NCBI GenBank assembly: GCA_951804945.1 | Contig: OX638156.1 | Coordinates: 49,910,001-49,974,000 of the forward strand | Source: Podarcis cretensis | Lineage: Eukaryota | Direction: 5' to 3' | Length of the DNA: 64,000 bases | Shown: piece after piece, positions 13,163-23,289 of the stretch | Layout: each line of letters opens with the position of its first letter | How positions within the stretch are numbered: position 1 is the stretch's first letter | Position numbers and translations under genes: made by a program | The notes under the pieces: generated by a model | The model's input: the letters and a program-made list of their open reading frames with translations, nothing else | Databases searched by the model: none | Told to the model about the DNA's origin: nothing

Positions 13163-13168
13163 AATAAA
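13163..13168 (+). terminator. NFAT5 polyadenylation signal
   Basis: AATAAA with upstream TGTA motifs and a downstream GT/T-rich tract. Confidence 0.75.
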
Positions 13169-13306
13169 ACTTTGAAAGTTTTCATTTTGCAGTGTATTGC
13201 TACTGTGCTCCATTCTTTTCAGTATCTTGGAGTCATTTGGTTCTGAAGTGCAAGGCTAGTGTGTTGTCTGCTGAGCCCTGCACACACTAGCTAGAAGTTT
13301 ACTAAT

Positions 13307-13450
13307 TGATAGCTCAGTTGGCTAGGGCATGATGCTGGTAACACCAAGGTTGCAGGTTTGATCCCCCTAAGAGGCAGCTGCATATTCCAGCATTGCAGAG
13401 GATTTGGACTAGATGATCCTCAGGGTCCCTTCCAACCCTACAATTCTATA
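13307..13450 (+). mobile_element. tRNA-derived SINE with a CR1-type 3' tail, between the NFAT5 and NQO1 3' ends
   Basis: tRNA-like head TAGCTCAGTTGG...GCAGGTTTGATCCCC then GGACTAGATGATCCTCAGGGTCCCTTCCAACCCTACAATTCTAT. Confidence 0.75.
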
Positions 13451-13807
13451 CATCCCTTTTTGCTCTGTGGCCGATAAGCAAGCCAGCACCAGTGTATATG
13501 GAGCAGGTGGAGAGGGGTTTCCCTTCACTGGACTGATGGGAAGGTAGAACCTTCTTTGTGTAAATACCTCCTTTGCAGAACCCACCATGTCTGGGCTGGC
13601 TTGTCCCATATTACTAACTGTGTATGGTAAAGCAGCAGACTTAGGCTTCTCCTTTCACCACCTCTCATGGAGACACAAACAGGCACCCCTCCCCTCTGAG
13701 TAGTGCTGTCATGCGAGTTGTAATAGGTTCAAACTGTATAAATGCCTAGCACAAAATGTGGCCCTTGACTCAATAGACAGCTGCAAGAGAAAGATTTAAA
13801 AAAGTAT

Positions 13808-13813
13808 TTTATT
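13808..13813 (-). terminator. Probable NQO1 polyadenylation signal
   Basis: AATAAA on the minus strand ~1.2 kb after the NQO1 stop; alternative hexamer at 14055-14060. Confidence 0.55.
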
Positions 13814-15045
13814 CTAAATTTCTCTGCTGGCGCAAGAGACATTTGTATAAATCCACATGACATTCCAACAAACCTGACTAATAGAGGCAACACCTGGCTT
13901 TGTTGTTAGTACATGTGAAAGTTATTACCAAAGTACAAAAATCTCAAGTAGTATTAATCCCTACTACCAGCAAGTAAACTAAAAGGATTTAAAGCAACCC
14001 TTCACCTTCCCCGCCAGTTAATTACACTCCCCACCCCCACCCCCTGGAGCACCATTTATTGCCAGGGAACTCTGGCCCTGCCTTCCTGTGCTGTGGCTGA
14101 TTCCAGCTGGGGAAGGTGGGAGCCCAGTTGTCTTCACCACTCTTCCCAGCTGCCCTCTTTTCAGCTGCATCTGTGGCTTATTTTGTCTTCAGACAGATTG
14201 CCACTGCACCTCTCCTCTGGCAGCTCAAGTCTGGTGCAAGTGGTATTGACTGCCAAGTAGCTTGTTTTACCCATTGTGGATTGGTGGTTGCTAATGAAGT
14301 AAAGGCAATGTACTCCACCCACCCACCCACACTACCTTGAGGCTACTATGACAAGAAACTGAAGAGCTGGCAAGAAAGCAGCCAGGTGGATCCATACAGT
14401 TCTATCCAACTACATTCTACTCCGTGTAGACGTATTGAAATGAGTGTGCCTAAGTTAGATATGCCTTTTACTTTCAATGGGTCTGCTCCAAGTAGCACTA
14501 ACATTGGATACAACCTATGGTGCTCTCCAGGCATATGCACTTGGAGAAGTGCAAGACCCAAGCTCTAAGTACTTTGCTCTGGGGTTGGACCTTCCTGCCA
14601 ACTCTTCTGTTGCTCAAGGCAGTATGGTGGTAATCTTTGCTGAGATGGGGGCTGCAAAGAGGAATGTGAAAGGCTGTGGTGGTTGCCCACCCGTGGATTA
14701 TAGGCTAGGATCTTAAGGCTGCAAAGAGTAGAACAGTAATAATGCAGGCTCCATTGTGGAGTATATGCCTTGCATTACATACACAAGGTATAACTTAACT
14801 GTTTTTAATGGTAGAGTGCCCAACCAGCTTTCCCATCTGGTGTGCTCCCAGGTAGTTTGGGTTTCAACTCCCATCATCCTTGTTGGGCTGATGGGACTGG
14901 AATCAAACACAGCAGAAGGGCGCCGGTTTGGGGAAGGTCTGCCCTACAGGGACCCTATGAACCCAGAGAAAGTGAAAGTAGGAAACAACTGTTAGCATTT
15001 CTACAGAAAGGCCTTTTTTTTGTCCCAATTTACCAACAGAATTTA

Positions 15046-15354
15046 CTATTTCTGCTGGGCTTTGACTTGATTATCAGGCAGGAGTGGCTTTCCCAGATGC
15101 TGGCCAGTTGTCAGCCCATATTTTTTATCTTCTTGCTGTTCCTGGACCTCTTTCTTCAGAAGAAAGCCCCCAGCAAAGCTCAAATCAAAGTTGTTGCTTG
15201 GGGCAAAGCTGAGGGGCGTCTCCTCCCAGATAGTGGCCAATCTCTTCTTCCACATCTCCAGGATTTGGGAGCGGGCCTCTGGTGGTGTATGGCCAATACT
15301 GAAAGCGATCTGGGGTGCCAAGATTTGGAAACCACAGAAATGGAGAGTGCCACT
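15046..15354 (-). CDS. NQO1: NQO1 exon 6, coding part
   Basis: [24 protein letters not shown]...DNQVKAQQK*. Confidence 0.95.
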   Translation of the reverse strand, partial: SGTLHFCGFQILAPQIAFSIGHTPPEARSQILEMWKKRLATIWEETPLSFAPSNNFDLSFAGGFLLKKEVQEQQEDKKYGLTTGQHLGKPLLPDNQVKAQQK

Positions 15355-18300
15355 CTGGGGAGTAGGAAGAAAGAACATTTGCAAATCAAATACATATTCA
15401 AATAGGGCAGGAGGAATGTAATTAGAACAAGTTCAGGACCAATAAAGAGCTCTATAGTGACATTTCCAGTACAGTATTTTATTTTATTTTTTGTTTCCAT
15501 ACTAAATGTCTGCTATGACATTTTTACTCATTTTAAAAACCTAAAATTTGTCTACAACTTTGCACACAAGGGATGTGGGCTTTCTGCTAGGATTCAGTAA
15601 ACTACAGCTCTTGAAAAAACAGTCATCTCGCCAATTGGTTGGAATGCAGGATTGTAAACCTCTGGATTACACAAAGGTTCTCAAACCAGACAAGTATAGG
15701 AACCTGTAAGAATTCTGTGTAAGGCAGAAGCTTGCACCATCTACTTAAGTATTTTACACCTTTTAATAATAATTTTAAAACTCTCTTAGAAATAACTATG
15801 GGTTTGACAATAAATGTTGCCTTGTTACCTGTATTGGCCAAAGAAGGATGTTGATGTCCCCATTGATGCCTTCAGGGGTGTACATGGAGCCCATCCCACC
15901 AGTAGTGAAGGAAAGTAGAGTCTTCTTATTCTGTAAGTAACCAAATATGAGTTATGTTTTACACTTCAGCTGAGACACTGTCATGCAGAGAGCAGCTAGT
16001 GAACAAGGGTCATTTTGCAGAGTTTTGTGAAAGCCCAGCTGATCATCATCTTGCCACAATATGGAGGAAAGGAACTGCACCTTCTCTGTCCCACAGAACA
16101 CCCTTCTCTAAAATACCAAGAGACAGGGTCATTATCAGAATCCTCTGTCTTTTCCCACTACCACCAGAGTCTGCCATATTATTTCATGCAGAGCACCAAA
16201 GAGGCTGACTGCAGGGCTCAAATGCACAACAGACAGGCTGCAGCTACTGGCCAGTTGGAGCTGAACATGGGAGAGAATGAAAGGTGGCGGCGGCTACAGC
16301 AGCAGCAAGACTTCACTCCCACCAAATCCCCACTGCATACCTACCTTGAAGGGCCCCTGGTCATACATGGCACTGTAGGAGTAGGCAAATCCACCAGTGA
16401 GGACACGCTCATACCACCCTTTCAAGATGGCTGGGACACCAAACCACTGGAGAGGGAACTGGAACAGAAGCAGAGCCACAGGCTAAGGGTTGAGGCCCTT
16501 GTTGCACATTCATTTCATGGTACTTTAGGTAAAAGGTAAAGGTAAAGGTACCCCTGCCCGTACGGGCCAGTCTTGACAGACTCTGGGGTTGTGCGCCCAT
16601 CTCACTTAAGAGGCCAGGGGCCAGCGCTGTCCGGAGACACTTCCGGGTCACGTGGCCAGCGTGACATCGCTGCTCTGGCGAGCCAGAGCCGCACACGGAA
16701 ACGCCGTTTACCTTCCCGCTGGTAAGCAGTCCCTATTTATCTACTTGCACCCGGAGGTGCTTTCGAACTGCTAGGTTGGCAGGCGCTGGGACCGAGCAGC
16801 GGGAGCGCACCCCGCCGCAGGGATTCGAACCGCCGACCTTTCGATCGGCAAGTCCTAGGCGCTGAGGCTTTAACCCACAGCGCCACCTGCGTCCCTTCAA
16901 AAGCTCATTCCCCAAAAAGGACATTCCCCAAAAGCTCTTCAGTGCCCATGGCATTCCCTTAGAACCACTAGTTCCAGAACTTTGTTCCAATGGCAAGCTC
17001 TAGCAGGGGGTTAGAAGCATATTGTTTCCCCCCTGTGAAGTAAAGGCCCTCTGTGGACAATTTCCATGTTTGCCAGAATCCAATTTTTAAAGCCTGAGCT
17101 GCCAGTGTTGCTCCCGCCCTCTTTACTGAATTAGGACTTCCTAATTTTGCCTCTCCAGAGTTCATTGGCCAGCAAGATTCATGGCCAAAATCCACACTCA
17201 GGTCAAACACTAAAAGCCTAAGGCAAGAAGAGACTTATGATGCAGGTGAAAAGTCACCCCCCCCTTTAAATCCCCTCCCAGGAAACCAGTGTGCATCTAT
17301 GATAGTTGGAGAAGGGCTGTAGAAGGGGTGGGGGAGACTCATGCCTGAAAACCTGGAGAAACAGTTCACTTAAACAACCCTGGGCTTGATGGACCAGGTG
17401 GTCTGACTCCTTAGAAGGCAGCGTCCTGTGATCTGGGAACCACCTGAAAGATGACAAGATCGGCAGCGTCCAGCTTTTTTTGCTCCTCTACGATGTCCTT
17501 GCTCAGGCGGCCTTCTTTCCATGCCAGCCCCGTTTCGGCCGGGTAGCTGAAGTGCTGCGGGTCCTTCGGCTTGCCTGAGGGAGGGGAAGAGGGGGAAGGG
17601 TGGGTCCAGGCACGCAGGCGAGGCGGAGCCTCGGGGGGCTCCGGGAAAGGAGCGGCAAAAGGTCCCGGGTACTCGCCCCGACGACAGTTCCTCCAGGCAG
17701 GAAGGCTGGGGGAAAGCGCCCCCTACCAGCCGGCCTGAAGCCCAGCCGAGCTGGCGCCGCCCCCAGTCTGTGCAGACACACCTAGCGGAGCAACAGGGAC
17801 CCAGAGACCTATGTACCGGTGACGTCGTCCCGGGAGAGGACCGGGTTGAAGCGCATGGCGTAGAGATCCGAGACGGTCACCTTCCAGCCACTCTTCTGCA
17901 GCGCCTCGACAGCCGCCTCCTTCATGGCATAGTTGAAGGATGTCCGCTCCGGGTGGGCCAGCACGATCAGCGCCTGCCGAGCTGCAAGGAGAGCAGGAGG
18001 GCAGAGCCTGGCAAGGCAAGGCGCCTCGGGCGGCCAAAGCTCCGGGAGAGCCGCCCTGCCGCCGGGGCTGCAACAGAGGCGGACAGCCTGCAGTGGACAG
18101 ATTCCCGCCTCGGCGCCTCCCACCGGGGCAGCGCAGCCTCGTAGGCCCCGGCCTGCCTTTCCGGGGCCCTGCCAGGTGGGCGCCACCCGCCTCCTTGCAA
18201 GTTGCTGCCGGCGCTGCCGCAGGGCCTCGGGAACCCGAGGGGAGGCGCTCTCGAGGCGGGAAAGGGCTCGGGGGAGCCTGTGCCTTGGAGACTCAACTCG

Positions 18301-18430
18301 ATCGATCCCACCCACCCCGTCCTTCCTCTCTTTTCGACCTGCCCGCTTGGCTCCGCGAGGCAGCCTGGTGCGCACTTTAGGGCCCACCAGAGTAAGGCTG
18401 GGCCGAGGAGACGAGCTACTTACCAGCCAT
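15046..18430 (-). CDS. NQO1: NAD(P)H:quinone oxidoreductase 1, complete, 275 aa; complement(join(15046..15354,15829..15930,16345..16458,17444..17574,17817..17981,18424..18430))
   Basis: Motifs [39 protein letters not shown] and TTGGMGSMY; C-terminal extension ([16 protein letters not shown]) that NQO2 lacks; exon sizes 7/165/131/114/102/309; synteny. Confidence 0.97.
15829..15930 (-). CDS. NQO1: NQO1 exon 5
   Basis: [34 protein letters not shown]. Confidence 0.95.
16345..16458 (-). CDS. NQO1: NQO1 exon 4
   Basis: [38 protein letters not shown]. Confidence 0.95.
16527..16895 (-). mobile_element. Sauria SINE (Squam1), full length, in NQO1 intron 3
   Basis: Minus strand starts GGGACGCAGGTGGCGCTGTGGGTTAAA, has B-box GGTTCGAATCC, central CAGCAGTTCGAAAGCAC-like core and an (ACCTTT)n tail; CpG-rich, so probably young. 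Confidence 0.9.
17444..17574 (-). CDS. NQO1: NQO1 exon 3
   Basis: [43 protein letters not shown]. Confidence 0.95.
17817..17981 (-). CDS. NQO1: NQO1 exon 2
   Basis: [54 protein letters not shown]; AG/GT bounds. Confidence 0.95.
18424..18430 (-). CDS. NQO1: NQO1 exon 1, coding part
   Basis: ATGGCTG|gtaagt downstream of a TATA box; phase matches exon 2. Confidence 0.88.
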
Positions 18431-18479
18431 AGCGATGCAAGCCGGGCAGCAGTTGAACTAAGCCGTCGGCGCCGCGGGT

Positions 18480-18531
18480 CTTATAAGAGGCGGAGGAGGC
18501 GGCGCGGATTTGCTGAGTCATTGGGGCGGGG
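18480..18531 (-). promoter_or_regulatory. NQO1 core promoter: TATA box (18481-18485), antioxidant response element (18511-18521), GC box (18523-18531)
   Basis: Minus strand CCCCGCCCC-A-ATGACTCAGCAAAT...TTATAAG, ~50-100 nt upstream of the ATG, within a CpG island (~17450-18720). Confidence 0.85.
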
Positions 18532-18926
18532 AAACCACACTCCGGCCAGACCCAGCATGTTGCATCTTGGTGCCCCGACGGGAAGGCTTCGCCCCGAGGG
18601 AGACTGCCTCTGTATCGCGAAACTCATGACCAGGAGCCATCGAGAGCCAATTCACTTCTCCCTTAATTTGGCAGCTCTCCATCTAAAGACACGCCTCCGG
18701 CCCAGCATCCCGCTTTCTCCCAGTGACCAACCACCAGATGTCCGAAAACGAAGCTCACAAGGAAGACGCAAAACCTCCTGTCATCTCTGCCATTGGCATT
18801 CAGAGAATGACTGTCTCTGATGCTGAAGGGTCCATTCAGCTGTCATGCTGTTAGGGGCAAGCGTCCACTCATAGCCCTTACAGGGGAGACTGGTGACAAT
18901 GCTTAATACAGTAGCTTAATTTCCAA

Positions 18927-18991
18927 CGTGGGTGTAGCCAGGATTTTGTGTGAGTGGGGGGGAGCAGGATCGACACCCGGTTACGCCCATG
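18927..18991. mobile_element. 65-bp hAT-like MITE
   Basis: TIRs CGTGGGTGTAGCCAGG / CCGGTTACGCCCATG; flanks atttccaa and gtttccaa (near-perfect 8-bp TSD). Confidence 0.7.
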
Positions 18992-20199
18992 GTTTCCAAC
19001 ATGAAATGTGCCTTTTTCTTTGATGGAGTCCCAGCTTGGGGCTCTATCCAAGGCAAAACCACAGACAGAATTTATCTCACTGGAAAGCAGATAAAAGGGC
19101 ACCAGAGTATGCCATGCTGCTTCACCTGCCCATTTGCTGGCAGAAAGGAGAGAGAAAATTACGATAGGAGGCCTTCTGCAAAGTGAACCTGGAACACCTG
19201 ACATAGTGCAAATGAAATACATGAACCCAGCCTTGTACTCTGCCTTTTCTTAATTCTGCATGACTCCCGACCCCTGCTGCAAATGAAGACACAAGCCCCA
19301 GCCCTGCCTCAGCTGCCTTTTCTGAAAAACATATGTTGAAAGGGTGGAGAAATTGCCCTTCTAGCACCTCCTAATAAGAGTCATTGGAGTGTTTGCTTGG
19401 TCCAGGATGGGGCAAAGGTGAGTACCAGGGTAGATGCTATAGAAGGCGTGTGCAGATGGCAGCTTTGGGGAAGGATCAGTGCTTGCCAAGGACTCCTCCC
19501 ATTCTGGATCTCTTACTGTATTTGCAGATCCATGCAGCAGGCCTGCACAATTTAACCCCCTCCCCTGCAAAAAAAAAGCACCTTGCTAGTTGAAGATACC
19601 CATGTTGGTTCAGTGCTGAAGTGTTAAGCCAAGCTGCTAGAAAGATGCAGTTTGAACTTGTCTTTGGTAATGAAATTACAGAATGTGAATTTTACAAGAA
19701 TCGCTCACAGGATTCCAGCTAGGCATTCTTGCTGGTGGCTTTTGACATCTCAGCAGCCCTTCCCTTGCCCACAGCATTTTGGGGAAGGACTTTTAGCTCT
19801 TTTTTTGAAATGAGCAGAATCCCTCAATTATTGAATGAAGGCTATCCCTATTAAACAATTCATGCCCTAAGTTAGTGGTACATACAGTACAGGAATGAAT
19901 GTAAAAAATCCTACATTAGTGCAAAGACTTAAGTAAGTCTAGAGATGGGCATTCATTCTGGAGGATACGGCATTTTCATTCAATGAAAATTGAAATGTAG
20001 ACAATGCAAAAACCCATTTAAATACAAGTTGTGAAAACAGCTGCTGTTAATCCTCTTCAGAGGCACCAAATAGCCTAGTCAGTTAGTGTTTGAATTTATA
20101 CTGTTTGGGACATCTGATGATGTGCAGCTATTCTTATATACAAAGTCAGACCATTGGTCCTTCAAGCCTAGCAGTATTTACTCTGCAGGGCAGAAGGAC

Positions 20200-20520
20200 A
20201 AAAGATGAGCCTGCTGGATCAGGTCAGTGAGCCATTTAGTCCCACATCCTGTCCTCATAGTGCCCAACCAGATGCCTGCAAGCTGGACATGAGTGCAACA
20301 AGCACTCTCCCCACTTGTGATTCCCAGCAACTGGTTTTCAGAGGCATGATAGTGCAGGTACAACATAACCATTGATAACCTTCTCCTCCATGAATTTGTC
20401 TAATCCTCATTTAATGCCATCCAAGTTGGTGGCAATCATTGCCTCTTGTGAAAGCTAATTCCATAGCATAACTATGCGCTGTGTGGAGAAGTCTCTTCCT
20501 TTGTCTGTCCTAAAACGACA
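20200..20520 (-). mobile_element. CR1 LINE 3' fragment
   Basis: Homologous to the copies at 36208-36790 and 46890-47568. Confidence 0.7.
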
Positions 20521-21587
20521 GTCAGGGCATGGATCCACAGCAGTGAGCAGAGGAGAAATGACCGCTGGGAGGGGCGCAGAGAGAAGAAATGCCATGGTGT
20601 CTCTGTAGTACCACAACCAGACATCTTCATCTGCCCCTGCTGCAACAAAACATGTTTCTTCCGCATTGGTCTCTACACCCAAAGTGCTGTAACTCTCCAG
20701 CAGTTTGATTTTACCCAAAGGTGCCCTTTTCCATTGCCTCCCAAGACAGACGATGCCAACAACTTATTCCCGCCACCCATCCACTGCATCATTCATCAAG
20801 CTCTTTGTACAGTTCAGATTACTGCTTGGATCTTTGGAGGGAGAAATTACCAAATGAAAAAATGGGAGCATGTGAAATAGTAAGAATTAGCTCTTGCTCT
20901 TTCTGCCACATAGGGGTGAAGGCTAGGCAAATACACAAAGCCTTACCAGCTCAGGCTCCTATCAAGGGACTACTGGACTGCTGGCATTGACAACAGGCAA
21001 ATGATATCCAAAGCAATCAGAGAGAACTAGGACTCTTTAAGGGGGTCCCCAGGGCCCTAGATGTTGCTGTAGTTCTTAGTCCAGTCATAAACAAAGGAGA
21101 ACAACATGCTAATTAAACTCCAAGCAGGCCAAGAGCTTTGCTAAGAGGTATCTCTGTGCTCGGCGTGGCACTTGGGTCCTCACAAACACATTGAATCCGT
21201 TTACTGTGAGGCTACTGGTGTTCCCCAACAGCCTCTGGGTGCCACTACAAAGAATCCTGTGGACAGTATTTGGAAGTAGTAAAATGATTTCAGGCTGTAC
21301 CAAACTAGCTTCTGTTGCTAACCATGGCTATCTTCTATATCAGTACTGTAATGGGATGGATCCAGAGGCAGCAATGTCACATGAATTTTGGGCGATGGTC
21401 ATTTCTCTGAATGCTCTGCTCTGTGGCAAGATCACACACCTCCTGGGAGTATTTTCAATACATATGGGTATTCATATTAATTAATTAGTAGAATACAATT
21501 CCAATAGGAAGCAGCAGTGTCTGCTTTTGGCGAAAGGTATATGGGAACAGGTAAAAGAGAAAGGTACAAGTCACCAAACTTTGCTAA

Positions 21588-21589
<2 letters not shown>

Positions 21590-21629
<40 letters not shown>
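21590..21629. repeat. (TG)n microsatellite
   Basis: Read directly; others at ~27086-27113 and 30272-30299. Confidence 0.95.
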
Positions 21630-21631
<2 letters not shown>

Positions 21632-23019
21632 GCCACTCCTGTGTTTATTAAGTCCTAGCCACCAAGGGCAGGTCTTTGGTGTTTGCACGGCAGATTCAGA
21701 ACAAAGCAAGCAGGCTAGGTTGGCAACTGCCTCCCTAGAAGATGGCAAAGAATGTTTTTGACAGCCCATTCATTTAAGCTGCAAATGAGCAGATTAACTT
21801 TGTGTGGTGCCAGGGTGGGGCACTGTTAGCGACTTAACTAGAGCTATGCAAGGACTGGGCAGGGCCCTTTGTTTGCACTAGAAATCTATCTAATCAAATT
21901 TCATTTACTAGTCAGTTTTGCTCCCAGGTATATAGTAGGCCTTTGTTGCATGTTGGGGCATAGTTAGGAGGAATGGAACAGGGGCCAGTCTGCAGCAAAC
22001 TGGCCGTTAACCTTTCCTCTACAAGGAAAAGTGCAAGGAGGATTTGCCGTAGCCCAAGGCAGGAAGCAGTAGAAAATGTGACACAACTTGTCTTGCAAGG
22101 AGACCCACCAAAGGGCTGGGGGAGAACACCTGCGGCTCTCTCTGTGAGTAGGACGTGGCCTTATGGAGTTGCCACCAGCTCATTGCCAGGCATTTTTGCA
22201 GTTTTTTGTGACATTCCTGCAGTTGTCCTTCTCATGGCTCTTTAACCCCTTTTCACAAAAGAGAAAAGATTTTAGGCAACCTATTGTCATATGTTTTGAC
22301 AATAGTGGAAGTGATCTTTTGAGTTAAACAGGCTTTTACAGGTTCCTACTCTTATTAGTCCACATGGATGTGTGTTTTGGGGTTAATCAGCTATTAGGCT
22401 GTAAACCTTTCTGTTTTTGCTTTGAACACCCACTTCTGAGGAAGAGCTTTGTCAGAAGAGCTTTGTGGAACTCAAAAGTTTGCAGCCAGCAATGTGATAG
22501 AAGACAGTCAAAGAGCAGTGCTTCCAGTCTAGCCATCCCAACCAGCTTACTGTATGGCTGAAGACCTGGTAGAAAAAGGCCAAGGCTTGTTCTCTTGACT
22601 ACTACAAGGGAAAGGCTCATGGGAGAAAAGGGGTCTAGTTGTCAGGAAAGGGACAAGCTAAACCACAAGGAGCTGTGCACAGATACCAAATGTGCAGACA
22701 CCCTGGTTTATTAAAAAACAAAACAAAACATGCAGCCACCGCTGCCGAGTCTTTTGCATTAGAATGCACCCAAGACCTGAGCACAGCACATGGATTCTGC
22801 CACACGAGGGCCACTCTCACTTTCCAGATCACTTTGTCAGTCTGCCTCCCACCTTCTGCTGCTTGCCGTTTATTCACACTAGTGTCTGTTGCCTTGGAAG
22901 CAGTCAGGAAGTAGCGCCAAGGGGCCAAGTCCTGCCTTCACACAAGCTGTAGGAAACAAAAGTCTTGTCCTCCCTTCATTGACAAATGGGACAGGTGGGT
23001 GGTTGCATCTCTCCCCACC

Positions 23020-23289
23020 TCATCTCTTTTTCACAAATTTTTTGGAGGCTGTGTTGGGGTTCAGACGCCTCCTGCCTGCACCCAGCGCCGTATCCCGGAT
23101 CTGTAGATTGGCCGCCCGGCTGTAGATGTCGTTTTCCGCAAATGGAGAAACTCCTGCAATATAATCGGGGTCAAAGACGTTTGTCTTCTGCCTGGCCTTG
23201 CGAGAGAGCCGTTGCTGGGGGAAGTGCTGGTCCTCTGTCAGGTGGGGATTGTTTGCATGCTTCCCACCCTGAGGAGCTGGGAGAGAGTA
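23020..23289 (-). CDS. NOB1: NOB1 exon 9, coding part
   Basis: YSLPAPQGGKHANNPHLTEDQ...KKFVKKR*; AATAAA candidates (minus strand) at 22869-22874 and 22707-22712. Confidence 0.94.
   Translation of the reverse strand, partial: YSLPAPQGGKHANNPHLTEDQHFPQQRLSRKARQKTNVFDPDYIAGVSPFAENDIYSRAANLQIRDTALGAGRRRLNPNTASKKFVKKR

Larger units (their letters stand above)
8377..13190 (+). other. NFAT5: NFAT5 terminal non-coding exon (long 3' UTR)
   Basis: Branch-point-like CTTAAC at ~8347, pyrimidine tract and ttttag at 8371-8376; U-rich blocks at ~10280-10600, 11460-11540 and 13050-13190; AATAAA at 13163. Confidence 0.7.

Noticed and set aside
13307-13380. tRNA-like sequence
   Set aside because: Degenerate cloverleaf fused to a CR1-type tail, so it is a SINE head rather than a tRNA gene; the same applies to the Squam3-like heads
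18688-18696. GCGTG core upstream of NQO1 as a possible XRE/AhR site
   Set aside because: Lacks the full TNGCGTG consensus; the 5-mer is common in CpG islands
17933-18820. 295-aa plus-strand ORF and overlapping ORFs at the NQO1 5' end
   Set aside because: Antisense to NQO1 in a stop-poor CpG island; Arg/Ala/Pro/Gly-biased with no recognisable domain
22281-22305. Perfect 9-bp inverted repeat CTATTGTCA-N7-TGACAATAG between NQO1 and NOB1
   Set aside because: Isolated; short inverted repeats like this arise by chance in 64 kb and there is no supporting context
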